Assembly (NCBI GenBank): GCA_021825865.1
Contig: JAKAFU010000001.1
Location: 57,444 to 121,443 of the forward strand
From: a bacterium
Lineage (GTDB): Bacteria; SZUA-79; Acidulodesulfobacterales; Acidulodesulfobacteraceae
Direction of reading: 5' to 3'
DNA length: 64,000 nt
In this document: in pieces, positions 38,410 to 48,595 of the stretch
Numbering within the stretch: the stretch's first letter is position 1
How the letters are laid out: each line of letters opens with the position of its first letter
Translations under genes and position numbers: made by a program
The notes under the pieces: generated by a model
The model's database searches: none
What the model was told of the DNA's origin: nothing
Seen by the model: only the letters and a program-made list of their open reading frames with translations

Positions 38410-39804
38410 TTATGATTCGGGATAATAAATTAAAAAAACATCGTCGCCCGTTTTTTTTATATCCAAATTTTTTAATTTAATCAACTGTTTATTAGCGTAT
38501 AAATCATTCAGGCCGTCGTTAACGGCATTCCCAGGCTGCAAATTATTATTAAATTTATTTAAATTCAGATTTGAAAAATTAATTAAATCGAATGCGCTTA
38601 TAGAATTTCCGATAAAATTATTAAAATCCGCAGCCGTATTGTCAATAATATTAATATTCCCTACCAGATAAGGCGTTATATTAAATATTAATTTATCGTA
38701 AAGTCTATTTGATACAAGATAAGCAAATAAATTTGGTCCAGGCTCTACAAATATACTTGTAATACCGTATGCTGCGCATTCTTTAAAAATCTCGGCGATG
38801 TCAAGATAATGCTTTTTTTGCGTAACATCGCAACTGCTGCCGATAGTAAAACCGTTGTTTTCGGCGCTCCCTGTTGAATAATTTTTTAATCTGTCTTCAT
38901 AACTATTATTATATAATACTTCTTTTATAATTGCACCTTTTTGTTCAAGCAATTTTTTTCTTTTTAATTTTTCTTTACTATATTCGAAAGAAGTGAAAAT
39001 AAAAATTTTATCGTCATCATTTCTATATTTGAATAATTTTGAGCCGGCAGGCGTCATAAGATTTGAGTCAATAATAATTTTTGCAAACTTTTTTTCGGCA
39101 ATATTGTTATCCTTGCAGTATCTGATATTTAATCTGGGATTATCGCTTATAACCGTGTTGGCAGATACCATGATAGCGTCATGCATAAGCCGTAAATTAT
39201 GGGTATATCGTAAAGATTTTTCCGATGACAGATAAAACGGAGCATTATTCCTAGCATTACTTTTACTATCCCCCTTTACATTTTTACGGTAAAATCCAAC
39301 TTTTCCATCTATACTGATTGCAAGTTTGACCGTAATAAAGGGGAGATAGGCGTTAATATTTTTTATAAATATTTCGTTCAGTTTTTTTGCCCTGTCCTCT
39401 AAAATGCCGTATTTAACTTCAATTCCGTTATTTTCAAGGTATTTGAAACCGCTGCCCGAAACCCGAGGATTAGGGTCCTTCATGGCTGCAACTACGCGCG
39501 AAATTCCGTATTTTTTGATTGATTCAACGCATGGAGGAGTTTTTCCAAAATGGCTGCAGGGCTCTAAGCTTACATATAAAGTTGCCCCTTTTGCGCTGCC
39601 GCCTGCCATTTTAAGAGCAATAATTTCAGCGTGCGGTCCGCCTGCTTTTTTATGATATCCTGAGCCTATAACTTCGCCATTTTTAACAATTACGGAACCT
39701 ACCATAGGATTGGGGGACGTAAAACCGGCTGCTTTTTTTGCAAGATTTAATGTTTTGGCAATGTAATATTCATCGATGCGAGCAGTCATTTTATTTTTTT
39801 TCAA
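38410..39804 (-). CDS. ribD: Bifunctional riboflavin biosynthesis deaminase/reductase RibD, with insertions in the reductase domain
   Basis: 464 aa. Deaminase Zn motifs ..GGPHAEIIAL.. and ..EPCSHFGKTPPC... About 90-100 aa longer than usual. Its 5' end overlaps the nrdR stop by 14 nt. Confidence 0.9.
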   Translation of the reverse strand: MKKNKMTARIDEYYIAKTLNLAKKAAGFTSPNPMVGSVIVKNGEVIGSGYHKKAGGPHAEIIALKMAGGSAKGATLYVSLEPCSHFGKTPPCVESIKKYGISRVVAAMKDPNPRVSGSGFKYLENNGIEVKYGILEDRAKKLNEIFIKNINAYLPFITVKLAISIDGKVGFYRKNVKGDSKSNARNNAPFYLSSEKSLRYTHNLRLMHDAIMVSANTVISDNPRLNIRYCKDNNIAEKKFAKIIIDSNLMTPAGSKLFKYRNDDDKIFIFTSFEYSKEKLKRKKLLEQKGAIIKEVLYNNSYEDRLKNYSTGSAENNGFTIGSSCDVTQKKHYLDIAEIFKECAAYGITSIFVEPGPNLFAYLVSNRLYDKLIFNITPYLVGNINIIDNTAADFNNFIGNSISAFDLINFSNLNLNKFNNNLQPGNAVNDGLNDLYANKQLIKLKNLDIKKTGDDVFLIYYPES

Positions 39805-40246
39805 TTAAATCGGATACTGTTTCGTATAATTCGTTTATATCTTTAAACGACAGATAGACTGAAGCAAATCTCACATAGCTTATAGCATCGATATTTTTTA
39901 GTTTATTGAGAGCAAATTTTCCGATTTCCGTGCTTTGTATTTCGCTCAGACTGCTTTCCTCAATCCATTTTTCAACTGATTGGATTATAGTTTCTATATC
40001 TTCTATGGAAACAGGTCTTTTTTCACATGCTTTAATTAAACCGTTCAATATTTTCTGTCTGTCAAAAGCTTCGCGTCTGCCGTCTTTTTTAATAATTAAA
40101 GGCAATGACATGACAATGGTTTCTAATGTATAAAATTTTTTGCCGCAAAAATTGCACTGCCTTTTTCTCCGGACTGCTTTTGCATCTTTAGATAACCTTG
40201 AATCTATAACTTTATCGTCTTCACTTGAACAAAACGGACATTTCAT
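39791..40246 (-). CDS. nrdR: Transcriptional repressor NrdR (zinc ribbon plus ATP-cone)
   Basis: 151 aa. MKCPFCSS..KVIDSR........RRKRQCNFCGKKFYTLE.., with an ATP-cone after it. Confidence 0.93.
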   Translation of the reverse strand: MKCPFCSSEDDKVIDSRLSKDAKAVRRKRQCNFCGKKFYTLETIVMSLPLIIKKDGRREAFDRQKILNGLIKACEKRPVSIEDIETIIQSVEKWIEESSLSEIQSTEIGKFALNKLKNIDAISYVRFASVYLSFKDINELYETVSDLIEKK

Positions 40247-40597
40247 AGATAATTAAGTATTAATGAGATATTATATATGTATATATATTTGATTACTATG
40301 ATATCACTATATATGTATTTTGCAATAAATAAAATCGATATTAAAATAAAGATAAATTTAAGGCAGATAATAATTTTATTACCAATATAACTATAACTTA
40401 AGTATAATAATATTGACAGAGCGGTGCATGGAATAATATAACATTTTTCAGCGCAGTTTGTTATTATGCAATTTTTATTTATATAAAATACTGCTATTAT
40501 AATATGAATTTATAAAAATAAAAAACTAAAAATTTTTTATATTTTATAAGCCTAAAATTTTTTATTATTTATGATGATGATTTAAAATAATTTGAAA

Positions 40598-40652
40598 GTA
40601 AAAAGTAAAAGTAAAAGTGCAAGTAAAAATAAAAATAAAAGTAAAAGTGAAA
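40598..40652 (+). repeat. Imperfect tandem hexanucleotide array (GTAAAA-like, about 9 units)
   Basis: gtaaaaa gtaaaa gtaaaa gtgcaa gtaaaa ataaaa ataaaa gtaaaa gtgaaa, read directly, immediately upstream of the ATG at 40658. Confidence 0.6.
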
Positions 40653-40657
40653 TAAAG

Positions 40658-41386
40658 ATGTTTCACAAAAATTCTATCAAAGACAGCAATGCTTTTACAT
40701 TAATTGAACTTGTAATGGTTTTAGTTTTAATAGGAATAGTCGGCATAATAGGCGTTATAGGGCTTGGTTCCGCCGTTTCAAGCGACAGAGCAATTTATGA
40801 AAGGCAGCTTGAATCATCTATCAGATATGCCCAGCAGTATTCTATGTCCCATTACTGTTTTGCATTTGTAGTTTTTATAAATCCTTCTGCGAAAACCGCA
40901 TCCGGTCTGTCCGCTAATTCAAATTTCTGCTCCGTATCTTCCGGCGGCGTAAACTCGGGTGCAGAATACGGCGGATACCAGATATGCACGTGTCCTTCGT
41001 CAAACAGCTCAATAAATAACGGAATTACATCGTCGTCTGCCCCTGTTTTAATAAATAATCCTCTGGCACAGACCGCAAGTTATTTTCAAACCGCATTTAA
41101 CTATAACATAAAATATTCCGTTCAAAATAATTCCGTTGCTGTACCAAATATAACCGGAAATTATTTTGCTTTTAATTCGGAAGGACAGCCCGGTGTTTTT
41201 TCCGCTTCCGCTTCCGCAGATGCTTTTTGCTCACCCGGCAGCGCTCAATATTTTACGCCGTTTTCGGCATCTACACATTCTGCAGTAAATTATTTTATCC
41301 AAATCTCTTTCGGCAGCATATCAGGGGATTCTTTTTATGTTTATCCTGATACAGGGCTTGTAAGCAGCAGCGGCACCCTGCAATAA
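40658..41386 (+). CDS. Prepilin-type N-terminal methylation-domain protein (FimT/GspH-like minor pilin or pseudopilin)
   Basis: Start placed at ATG 40658 (the ORF track uses TTG 40592). Short basic leader MFHKNSIKDSN, then AFTLIELVMVLVLIGIVGIIG (class III signal / pilin helix with Glu at +5). Ser/Asn/Ala-rich C-terminal domain. Confidence 0.75.
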   Translation: MFHKNSIKDSNAFTLIELVMVLVLIGIVGIIGVIGLGSAVSSDRAIYERQLESSIRYAQQYSMSHYCFAFVVFINPSAKTASGLSANSNFCSVSSGGVNSGAEYGGYQICTCPSSNSSINNGITSSSAPVLINNPLAQTASYFQTAFNYNIKYSVQNNSVAVPNITGNYFAFNSEGQPGVFSASASADAFCSPGSAQYFTPFSASTHSAVNYFIQISFGSISGDSFYVYPDTGLVSSSGTLQ

Positions 41387-41542
41387 TAACAAAATTATTT
41401 ATTTTATCCATTCACAAATAATTTATTTGATGATATAATATTTTTTTTTAATTCTGTTTATCGGAAGTTAGTTAATTAATGCGGAAAATTTATTTTTATT
41501 TTATTTATTTAAAAAAACACACAAGAAAGGGGGAAATTATTT

Positions 41543-41938
41543 ATGTTTATGCAAAAAATTAAAAATCTGTTTTCGGTATCTGCAGTTTCTTTATCGGTAG
41601 GTTTATTTGTTTTTGGTTTAGCAGTGTTTGCAATGCCAAAGTTTTCCAGCGCTAAAACAAAAACTTTTTATTGTCCGTTAGGCTATTCTTTTAATTCAAA
41701 ATTAGAACTGTGCGAAGGCGACGGTAGCCTGAAAGGCTACAACACCACACCTGATACAAAAATAAACGTTTTTAAATCAAAACACCATGTTTTTATTTGC
41801 CCCAACAAGTACGTCTATTCTAAAAAAATTCAGCTGTGCAGAGGCGAAGGTTCTTTGAAGGGCAGCAATATTCAGCCTACCGTTTTGTCCAGAAAAGCAA
41901 AACCCGTTCATTCAAATAAATCAAATCAGGTAAAATAA
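41543..41938 (+). CDS. Small secreted protein with two Cys-containing tandem repeats. Function unknown.
   Basis: 131 aa. RBS GGGGGA. Signal peptide ..FSSA|K. Repeats FYCPLGYSFNSKLELCEGDGSLKGYNTTP and FICPNKYVYSKKIQLCRGEGSLKGSNIQP. Confidence 0.5.
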   Translation: MFMQKIKNLFSVSAVSLSVGLFVFGLAVFAMPKFSSAKTKTFYCPLGYSFNSKLELCEGDGSLKGYNTTPDTKINVFKSKHHVFICPNKYVYSKKIQLCRGEGSLKGSNIQPTVLSRKAKPVHSNKSNQVK

Positions 41939-41956
41939 TAAAATATAAAAAATAAA

Positions 41957-42940
41957 GTGAAAATAATAGCAATATTAAGAAATCAGAAGATGTTTGATAT
42001 ACTAAAAGAATATGCCGATTTAAATAATTTTAGTATTATTCATTATGCAGATGTTAAAGATTTTTTTGCAGATTATTCTTCATACCTAAATGACGATATT
42101 TATATGGTTGTCAACGCAGGAATGGATATAGGGCGTGACGTGTTATCGCTAAAAAATCTTAAAGCCGTTCAGCAGTTCGGCATCGGTTTTGAAAATGTTG
42201 ACTTAGACGAAGCGGCAAAAAATAAAATACCTGTTTTTAACGTTCCTACAAAAGGTACGGCGAATGCAACGTCTGTTGCAGAACTGTCAATGTTTTATGC
42301 TCTTGCTCTTGCAAGAGATTATAACGGATGTATAAATTCTATCAATCACGGCATTGCAAATGAACCTATGGGTATCAGTCTCGCCGGAAAAAAATTCGGC
42401 ATTATAGGCATGGGCGGAATAGGTCTTGAGCTCATAAGACTTCTTAAGCCTTTTAATACTGTTATTTACGGCATTAAACATTCGAGGACGGAAAAGGATT
42501 ACGCAAAAAAATTAGGCATAGAGTTTGCGGGAACATTTGACGATGATTTTAAAATTATTCTGCCCGAATTAGATTTTATTATTCTTGCGCTTCCGCTTAA
42601 TGAAACTACGCAAAATATTTTAAACGCCGAAACAATAGCGCTGCTGAAAAAAGGTTCCTACGTAATAAACGTAGGCAGAGCCGGACTTATTGAAAAAAAC
42701 GCCCTTGTGCAGGCATTAAAAAGCGGAAAGATTAAAGGCGCAGGGCTTGATGTTCTGTGGGAGGAACCGGCGCATATAAAAGATGACATATTTCATTTTA
42801 ATGTTATAGCGACTCCTCACATCGGCGGAGCCACCGAATCGTCAATTCACGATATAGCTAGAATTTGTATAGAAAATCTTAAGAATTATATCGCCCATAA
42901 AAGCTTAATAAATTGCGTAAATTCGGAAGCATTAAGTTAG
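41957..42940 (+). CDS. D-isomer-specific 2-hydroxyacid dehydrogenase family protein (PGDH/GHPR-like)
   Basis: 327 aa. NAD fold ..GKKFGIIGMGGIGLEL.., ..NVGRAGLI.., catalytic ..ATPHIGGAT... GTG start as in the ORF track. Confidence 0.85.
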   Translation: MKIIAILRNQKMFDILKEYADLNNFSIIHYADVKDFFADYSSYLNDDIYMVVNAGMDIGRDVLSLKNLKAVQQFGIGFENVDLDEAAKNKIPVFNVPTKGTANATSVAELSMFYALALARDYNGCINSINHGIANEPMGISLAGKKFGIIGMGGIGLELIRLLKPFNTVIYGIKHSRTEKDYAKKLGIEFAGTFDDDFKIILPELDFIILALPLNETTQNILNAETIALLKKGSYVINVGRAGLIEKNALVQALKSGKIKGAGLDVLWEEPAHIKDDIFHFNVIATPHIGGATESSIHDIARICIENLKNYIAHKSLINCVNSEALS

Positions 42941-43046
42941 AAGGCGGCAGGCAGATATAGAGCTCGGAAGTTTATTATCGCCCTATTATTGCCTTTATTA
43001 TTAAACAGATAAATACATTAAAAATAGAAAAACAAAAAGGACATTT

Positions 43047-45914
43047 ATGGATTATAAAAATACGCTTAATTTGCCGTCTACCGATTTTCCTATGAAGGCT
43101 AATCTGAAGACCACCGAAGAAAAATTTTTAAAAGAGTGGGATGAGATGGATTTATACGGAAAAATGTCGGAAAAAGCAAAAGAAAAAAATTTTAAAACAT
43201 TTATTCTCCATGACGGTCCGCCGTATGCAAACGGTCATATTCATCTCGGCACTGCTCTGAATAAAATTTTAAAAGATATTATAATACGATTTAAATTTAT
43301 GCAGGGCTATTACGCCCCTTACATACCCGGCTGGGATTGCCATGGTCTTCCTATAGAGCATAATGTAGATAAAAGTTTAAAACATAAGGACGCCATTTCT
43401 CAGTTGGAAAAAAGAAAACTCTGCAGGCAGTATGCTGCAGAATTTGTAGAAATCCAGAAAGCCGAATTTAAACGCCTTGGCGGCGTCGGCAGGTATGACG
43501 AGCCGTATTTAACAATGAATTATTCTTATGAAGCCAATACCGTCAGGAAGCTGGCAGATTTCATTAAAAACGGCGGGCTTTACAGAGCAAATAAACCGAT
43601 ATATTGGTGCAGTTCGTGCAGAACCGCGCTTGCCGAAGCCGAGGTTGAATATGCGGAAAAAACATCGCCTTCAATCTATGTCAAATTTAAAATGAAATCG
43701 GAACTCGATGTTCTTGCAAATCTGCCTGAAGGCGAAAATGTTTTTGCGGTAATATGGACGACTACTCCATGGACATTGCCGGCGAATCTCGCAATATCCG
43801 TCAATCCGGATTTCGATTATGTTTTTGTTGAGGTAAATTGCAATTTAAACGGCAGCAGCAAAAATGGCAAAGAAATATATATATTAGAAGAAAGTCTTGC
43901 CGAAGAAACTTTAAAAAAATTTGGATTTAAAGACGGCGAATTTAAAATACTGGCAAAAACCAATGGAAAAAACCTGGAAAATAAGGTAGCTGCGCATCCG
44001 TTTTTAAACAGAGACTCTATTATTATTCTGGGCAAGCATGTAAAAAAAGATACCGGTACGGGTCTTGTTCATACTGCGCCCGGTCACGGAGACGATGATT
44101 ATGCCGTCGGATTAAAATATAATTTGCCCGCATATGCTCCGGTTAATAATGAAGGCAGATTTGTAGACGACGTAGAGTTTTTTGCCGGTATGCGTGTTTT
44201 TGATTCTAATCCTCATGTTATAGAAAAATTAAAAGAAACAGATGCATTAGTTCTTGAAGAAAAAATTGAACATTCTTATCCTCATTGCTGGAGATGTAAA
44301 AATCCGGTTATTCTGCGTTCTACAAAGCAGTGGTTTATTTCAATGTCTATAAATAACCTTCGTGACAATGCTCTTAAAGCTGTTAAAGAAAACGTCAAAT
44401 GGATACCTCAGTGGGGAGTGGACAGAATATCGGGAATGCTTGAGGTAAGACCGGACTGGTGTGTTTCAAGGCAGAGGTCATGGGGTGTTCCAATCACGGC
44501 TTTTTATTGCAAACAATGCGGAGAGCCGCTGATAGATTATGATATTACGATGAAAATAGCAGATGAATTCGAAAAATACGGCGCAGATATCTGGTTTGAA
44601 AAAGACGCCGGTTATTTCTTGAACGAAGCAAAAATCAATAAGCATGCCAAATGCAGCAAATGCGGCGGCGAAGTATTTGAAAAAGAAAGCGATATATTAG
44701 ATGTATGGTTTGACAGCGGAGTAAGTTATTTTTGCGTTCTGAAAAATGATAGAGATATGAAAGGCATCGGTTTTCCGGCCGACTTATATCTAGAAGGTTC
44801 CGATCAGCACAGAGGATGGTTTCACTCAAGCCTTTTAATAGCAATCGGCTCTCAGGACGGCACCCCTTACAAGTCCGTTTTAACGCATGGATTTGTCGTG
44901 GACAGTTCAGGAAGAAAAATGTCCAAATCTCTTGGCAATGTCATCGCTCCCGATGAAATTATAAATAAATACGGAGCTGATATTTTAAGACTTTGGGCGG
45001 CTTCTGAAGATTATAAAAATGATATGAGAATTTCTAATGAAATATTATCCCGCCTTTCCGAAGGCTACAGAAAAATAAGAAATACAATAAGATTTATGCT
45101 CGGCAATCTGTATGATTTCGATGAAAACGCAGATGCCGTGAACTTTGAGGATCTGCGCGATATAGACAAATATGAAATGCATAATATATCTCTGCTTGCG
45201 CAAAATTTATCAAAACATTATTTAAACTATGATTTTCACCTTGTATATCAAAATATATACAGATTTGTTACGAGTTTTTCATCTTTTTATCTGGATATCG
45301 CAAAAGATTCTCTTTATGTAGAAGCAAAAAATTCATTCAAAAGAAGGTCTATACAAACGGTTCTCTATCATGGTTTGGATGTGCTGATTAAATATCTTGG
45401 TCCTGTTTTGCCTTTTACATCCCAGGAGGCGTGGAGCTATTTTAACAAAAAAAATAAAGAAATACAGCTTGTATTCGAACATTTTGACGAACCGTTTAAT
45501 AAAAAAGACGAAAGTTATATTGATTTTGAACTTGCAGAAAGGTTTGAAAAACTTATTGAAATAAGAAATATTATTTTATCATCTTTAGAAAAAGCAAGAG
45601 CCGAAAAAACTATTGGCAGTTCTCTGGAAGCATTGGTAATAATAAGAGCTTCCGAAGAAGATTATAAATTATTATCAGAATTTCAAATAAACGAATTGAA
45701 AGAAATATTTATTGTGTCCGATTTGCAGATTGAACGGCTGCAGCCGGATGAGGCAAACGGAGAGTTTATTTCAGAATCTATTGTAAAACCTGCTCCCGGG
45801 AAAAAATGCGCAAGATGCTGGACATTTAAAGAAAGTGTAGGAACTCATAGCGATTATAACGATGTTTGCGACAGATGCTATGATGTATTAATAGATTTGC
45901 AGGCAGGCAATTAA
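43047..45914 (+). CDS. ileS: Isoleucyl-tRNA synthetase
   Basis: 955 aa. ..HDGPPYANGHIHLGTALNKILKD.. (HIGH), ..GWDCHGLPIE.., ..KMSKSLGN.. (KMSKS), and a C-terminal Zn motif ..CARCW...CDRC... Confidence 0.97.
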   Translation: MDYKNTLNLPSTDFPMKANLKTTEEKFLKEWDEMDLYGKMSEKAKEKNFKTFILHDGPPYANGHIHLGTALNKILKDIIIRFKFMQGYYAPYIPGWDCHGLPIEHNVDKSLKHKDAISQLEKRKLCRQYAAEFVEIQKAEFKRLGGVGRYDEPYLTMNYSYEANTVRKLADFIKNGGLYRANKPIYWCSSCRTALAEAEVEYAEKTSPSIYVKFKMKSELDVLANLPEGENVFAVIWTTTPWTLPANLAISVNPDFDYVFVEVNCNLNGSSKNGKEIYILEESLAEETLKKFGFKDGEFKILAKTNGKNLENKVAAHPFLNRDSIIILGKHVKKDTGTGLVHTAPGHGDDDYAVGLKYNLPAYAPVNNEGRFVDDVEFFAGMRVFDSNPHVIEKLKETDALVLEEKIEHSYPHCWRCKNPVILRSTKQWFISMSINNLRDNALKAVKENVKWIPQWGVDRISGMLEVRPDWCVSRQRSWGVPITAFYCKQCGEPLIDYDITMKIADEFEKYGADIWFEKDAGYFLNEAKINKHAKCSKCGGEVFEKESDILDVWFDSGVSYFCVLKNDRDMKGIGFPADLYLEGSDQHRGWFHSSLLIAIGSQDGTPYKSVLTHGFVVDSSGRKMSKSLGNVIAPDEIINKYGADILRLWAASEDYKNDMRISNEILSRLSEGYRKIRNTIRFMLGNLYDFDENADAVNFEDLRDIDKYEMHNISLLAQNLSKHYLNYDFHLVYQNIYRFVTSFSSFYLDIAKDSLYVEAKNSFKRRSIQTVLYHGLDVLIKYLGPVLPFTSQEAWSYFNKKNKEIQLVFEHFDEPFNKKDESYIDFELAERFEKLIEIRNIILSSLEKARAEKTIGSSLEALVIIRASEEDYKLLSEFQINELKEIFIVSDLQIERLQPDEANGEFISESIVKPAPGKKCARCWTFKESVGTHSDYNDVCDRCYDVLIDLQAGN

Positions 45915-45962
45915 ATCAAATACAGCAGTAGGATAAAAATATTGTGAAAGAACGAAAACACT

Positions 45963-46961
45963 ATGAAAAAGAAAAAAATAATCGCAGCCAATTTTAAAAT
46001 GAACAAAACGCATATCGAGGTGCGCGAATATCTGAAGTCGTTTTTTAAAAAGCTGAAAGAATTCAGCAGCACCGGTGAAACTTATGATTTTAACGATAAT
46101 GCGGAAATAGTCTTTGCACCCTCCTTTACGGCTCTTAATGAAGCGTATAATATAATTGAAGAAAATCTAGAATTTAGCAATATTGTTAAACTTGCTTCGC
46201 AAAATATTTATTGCGAAGCATCCGGTGCATATACCGGTGAAATATCCATAGATATGATTAAAGCATTCAATTGTTCATACGCTATCATAGGTCATTCAGA
46301 AAGAAGATGGATATTCAACGAATCAGAAGAGCTTATTGCTAAAAAAATTTCTGCTGTATTAAATTACAATAAGAAAATAGAAACGGATACCCGCAATGCT
46401 CGCGATAAGAACGCAGAAAAGGAAAAGCGCAGCGTCAAATCTGCCGCTATATCGCCCATATTGTGCGTCGGTGAAAATTTAGAGATTAGAAAAAGCGGAA
46501 AAGCCTTTGATTTTGTAGCAGCGCAGTTAAACAGCGCATTAACTGGCTATACAAAAGAGTTAAACGGCGGAACCGCACAGAATAAGGACATGTTTCGTCC
46601 GATAAAAACATCGAAAAGTATTAATAAACATCATGAAGACAGCGTCAATACTAACGCTTCAGATATTGATACCGATACTGATGCCGGAAGACTCGTAATT
46701 GCCTATGAACCTATATGGGCGATAGGTACGGGAGCGTCTATAGAACCTGAAGACGGTGAAAAGATGCATAAATTTATATATGAATATTTGACCGATAATT
46801 ATTCTATTGAAAATTTTTCGGTAATCTACGGCGGAAGCGTTACCGAAAAAAATATTAACGTCTTAATGGAAAAAGCTCATATCGACGGCGTATTAGTCGG
46901 CGGAGCAAGTCTGGACCCCCAATCTTTTTTTAATATATACAGTTTTGCCGTTTCAAAATAA
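45963..46961 (+). CDS. tpiA: Triosephosphate isomerase, with two large insertions
   Basis: 332 aa. ..IAANFKMNKT.., ..IIGHSERR.., ..LCVGE.., ..IAYEPIWAIGTG.., ..IYGGSV... About 80 aa longer than typical TIM. Confidence 0.9.
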   Translation: MKKKKIIAANFKMNKTHIEVREYLKSFFKKLKEFSSTGETYDFNDNAEIVFAPSFTALNEAYNIIEENLEFSNIVKLASQNIYCEASGAYTGEISIDMIKAFNCSYAIIGHSERRWIFNESEELIAKKISAVLNYNKKIETDTRNARDKNAEKEKRSVKSAAISPILCVGENLEIRKSGKAFDFVAAQLNSALTGYTKELNGGTAQNKDMFRPIKTSKSINKHHEDSVNTNASDIDTDTDAGRLVIAYEPIWAIGTGASIEPEDGEKMHKFIYEYLTDNYSIENFSVIYGGSVTEKNINVLMEKAHIDGVLVGGASLDPQSFFNIYSFAVSK

Positions 46962-47168
46962 AATATTGCATATCGCAAATATTGCAAAGGCGCGAAAATA
47001 CAGCAGTGCAGCGATAGCATATTTTCAATTGCGGTTATCCTGCGGCAAATTAATCTTCATTTAAAGTTATAAATAATATATAATATAAAAATATGTATAT
47101 GTAATACTATATATATTAACAGCATACAACTTACTTAACATAATATTAATAAACGGGTTGATAAAAAG

Positions 47169-48554
47169 ATGAGCGATAATTTTAAAAGTATTCAGCAGGT
47201 GCAGCCGCCTAAAGGGACAAGAGATTTTCTTCCCAACGCTATGATTTTGAGAAGAGATATAATAGAAAAAATTAGGAAATGTTTTGAACTTTATGGATTC
47301 AGCGAAATAGATTCGCCGGTTTTTGAGTATTTTGAACTTCTTTCAAGAAAATGCGGAGAAGAAATAGAGAAAGAGATTTATACTTTTAAAGACAAAGCGG
47401 ACAGAAAACTTGGCTTAAGATTTGAGTTCACTTCTCCGCTCGGTAGATATTATGCTTCAAATAATTCAAAACTCACAAAACCTTTCAAAAGATATATAAT
47501 AGGAAAAGTTTACAGATATGAAAATACCCAGAATGGCAGGTACAGGGAGTTTTATCAGGCAGATGCGGATATTGTCGGGGTTTACTCAATGTTTGCAGAA
47601 CTTGAACTAATGGATTTGGCTGTTTTTACACTTGAAAAATTGGGGCTAAATAATTATGAAATACATCTGAATAATAGAAAAATATTAGACGGCATTATTG
47701 AATTATCCGGCATACCGGCAGATAAAAAGGAAGCTGCATTAAGAATTTTAGATAAATTGTCCAAAATAGGTGAAAATAAAACTATAAAAGAATTTATAGA
47801 AAACGGTTTAACCGAAGAAAATTATAAATCTTTTATTAATTTAGTAAACGGCAGCAGTTTTGCAGAAGAAATTAATGCCGCCAATTATGACGACGGCGAT
47901 ACAGAAAATAATCCGAATATAATATTTTTAGAATCTCTAAAGGAAAAACTTAAAAATAACGCTCAGTCTTTAGAGGGGATAAATGAGCTTATAGATATTT
48001 TTAAAAATTCGAATAAATTTAAGATTGGTAAATATTTAAAGTTTGACCCGCTGCTTGTAAGGGGTCTCGGCTATTACACCGGACCGATATTTGAAATAAA
48101 ATCATTAGATGTTAATATCGGCAGTTTTGCGGCAGGCGGCAGATACGATAACCTGCTCGAACTTTATGGAGCGCGCCCTGAAGGGGCTTGCGGATTATCG
48201 TTCGGCGTTGACAGAATTATAGATATAATTAATGCGAAAAACCCGTATTATATTGATGAACTGCCGTCTTCTACCAAGGTATTTGTCGCATATCTTGAAC
48301 CTGACGAAAAAATAATAGATTATGCTTTTAATGTAGCAAAAGAGCTAAGAGCAAACGGCATAACCAGCGAAATAAATCTTAATGAAAAATTGAATATATC
48401 TAAACAGCTGAAATATGCCGACTCAAGAAATATCGGCTATGCCGTCGTGATAGGCAGCAATGAACTTTTTGAAAATAAAATCAAGTTAAAAGATATGAAA
48501 AAAGCGGAAGAATTATTTGTATCTCTTGAAGAAGCCGTAGAAATTTTAAAATAA
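47169..48554 (+). CDS. hisS: Histidyl-tRNA synthetase
   Basis: 461 aa. ..PKGTRDFLP.., motif 2 ..YRYENTQNGRYREFYQADADI.., ..AAGGRYDNL.., ..GLSFGVDR.., and an anticodon-binding domain. Confidence 0.93.
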   Translation: MSDNFKSIQQVQPPKGTRDFLPNAMILRRDIIEKIRKCFELYGFSEIDSPVFEYFELLSRKCGEEIEKEIYTFKDKADRKLGLRFEFTSPLGRYYASNNSKLTKPFKRYIIGKVYRYENTQNGRYREFYQADADIVGVYSMFAELELMDLAVFTLEKLGLNNYEIHLNNRKILDGIIELSGIPADKKEAALRILDKLSKIGENKTIKEFIENGLTEENYKSFINLVNGSSFAEEINAANYDDGDTENNPNIIFLESLKEKLKNNAQSLEGINELIDIFKNSNKFKIGKYLKFDPLLVRGLGYYTGPIFEIKSLDVNIGSFAAGGRYDNLLELYGARPEGACGLSFGVDRIIDIINAKNPYYIDELPSSTKVFVAYLEPDEKIIDYAFNVAKELRANGITSEINLNEKLNISKQLKYADSRNIGYAVVIGSNELFENKIKLKDMKKAEELFVSLEEAVEILK

Positions 48555-48595
48555 AACTTTTAAAATAAAGCTATGATAAACAACGATGATAAACT

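Noticed and set aside
40247-40591. FMN riboswitch or other leader in front of the riboflavin operon
   Set aside because: ribD overlaps nrdR with no leader between them. The region upstream of nrdR shows none of the conserved G+C-rich FMN-element helices. It is plain AT-rich promoter DNA shared with the divergent pilin-like gene.
40592-40657. TTG-initiated 22-aa Lys/Ser-rich N-terminal extension of the pilin-like ORF
   Set aside because: It is encoded entirely by the GTAAAA hexamer array. It would make the prepilin leader atypically long (34 aa). ATG 40658 gives a normal short basic leader. Kept only as an alternative.
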